Of a stretch of DNA of 64,000 bases, positions 62,916-64,000 are shown piece by piece (position 1 is the stretch's first letter; every line of letters begins with the position of its first letter). Source of the DNA: Anolis carolinensis (lineage: Eukaryota); contig NC_085844.1 of the NCBI RefSeq assembly GCF_035594765.1, forward strand, positions 60,341,923-60,405,922, in the 5' to 3' direction. The translations under genes were made by a program, and so were the position numbers. The notes below the pieces were generated by a model, which was not told the origin of the DNA, made no database searches, and worked only from the letters and a program-made list of their open reading frames with translations.

Positions 62916-64000
62916 ACCAGAAGCAACTTTCAATATTAAACTGAAGTGACTTTCATTGAAAGCAGTAAAATGCATGCATCTTTTTTAGAACACAGGAATG
63001 AACATTATGGTCCTTGAAATGTTGCCACACTACAGCTCCTATCAGCCCTAGCCAGCATAACCAGTGATAAGAGTGGATGGGAGTTATCTATTTCTAGAAT
63101 CTGATCAGTGCCATTAATACGCAGGAGTGGCTGACTTCCTGTTCTACAGTTATTTTGAATAAATTGCAAAGGCTTCTTTTGTCATTTAGATAAGTTCTGC
63201 TGATGTTCTTGTAATCACAAAGCTATTGCTTTGCATAGCTGTGATTTTGTCTTTAAACCTGCCATGATGGGTGAAATGTTGCTTGCCACATTAGATATTA
63301 CAAGCATGATTCAATCTGATTTCTATGTTATTGATTTGATAGTACAAAAAAAAGGAAAGACTGTTGTTGAAATCATAACCCCTTTCTTTTTAATAGGGTG
63401 ATTTGTGCTGTCACTTGGGGCTAGATGATGTAAGGAAAGACTTCAGGGTGTGAAGCTTGTAGAGAGCAAGGATCACTGCTGATGTTCTTCCCTCTGGGAG
63501 GGAGGGAATGCTTGAATTCCTTGACAGTGACTAATAAACAGCAAACCATTTTATTCTTTATACAGATAGCATGCACAAGTGTTGGTCAAAAACAGCATAT
63601 CTTAGATAACTTGAGGACTGAGAGTGATGTGACACTGCATGGTGGAGCACATTTGTTCATACCCACTGGGACAATTTTTTCTGATTGCCATCTGTAGTTG
63701 TACTTGGCCTATTGATTTGTTGGACTAGAATCATATTTTTCCTCACCATTTTCATGCTGCTACAACCACTATCTCCTTAATTTCAGATACAGACAACATG
63801 CCCCACAAAAATATGTATAATTCAGAATATCCTATAGCCCTATACATTACATTTATGATTGTCTGATACAGCAAAGGTCAACAGTGGAAGCACTATTGTA
63901 GAAGAAGAACAGACTCCTATCACATACACAGAGTGGTGTGCTTTTTCATAAATCTGCTTGATTCTCTTGTAAATTTTTCCTGAGCAACCTTCTCATAGCT

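Larger units (their letters stand above)
11311..64000 (+). other. ARHGAP28: Probable intron 1 of ARHGAP28 (continues past window end)
   Basis: GT donor at 11311; no downstream segment resembling exon 2 (KSIPRCRRINRMLSNESL...SMEDFW in human, from memory) recognised; intron 1 is long in mammals. Confidence 0.6.

Overview
Vertebrate genomic DNA; the repeat complement (Sauria SINE, CR1, L2, Vingi, Penelope, R4/Dong, RTE-X, Helitron, hAT/Harbinger/Tc1-mariner MITEs) points to a squamate, most likely Anolis. The one host gene I can support is ARHGAP28 (+): a CpG-island promoter (~10.8-11.6 kb), first coding exon 11189-11310 (MEVTDSGGVVLTAYHSY..., 122 nt, phase-2 donor), then a long intron 1 apparently running to the window end. 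I did not find exon 2. Most of what else I could identify is transposon-derived. The most interesting signal is RNA-structural. A tRNA-headed SINE family (3 copies) and the inverted 5' piece of a Vingi LINE carry an HDV/CPEB3-type ribozyme fold with an extra hairpin inserted in loop L3, and the SINE copies show lesions at the positions needed for self-cleavage. Penelope fragments carry minimal hammerhead ribozymes. Also notable: a 4-codon uORF ending 6 nt before the ARHGAP28 ATG, a (GGGA)4 G4 motif, solo LTRs with acidic U3 reading frames, a mosaic mini-Helitron, and a CR1 insertion with templated inversions. All family assignments come from recognition by eye, not database searches; repeat boundaries without a stated TSD are approximate.
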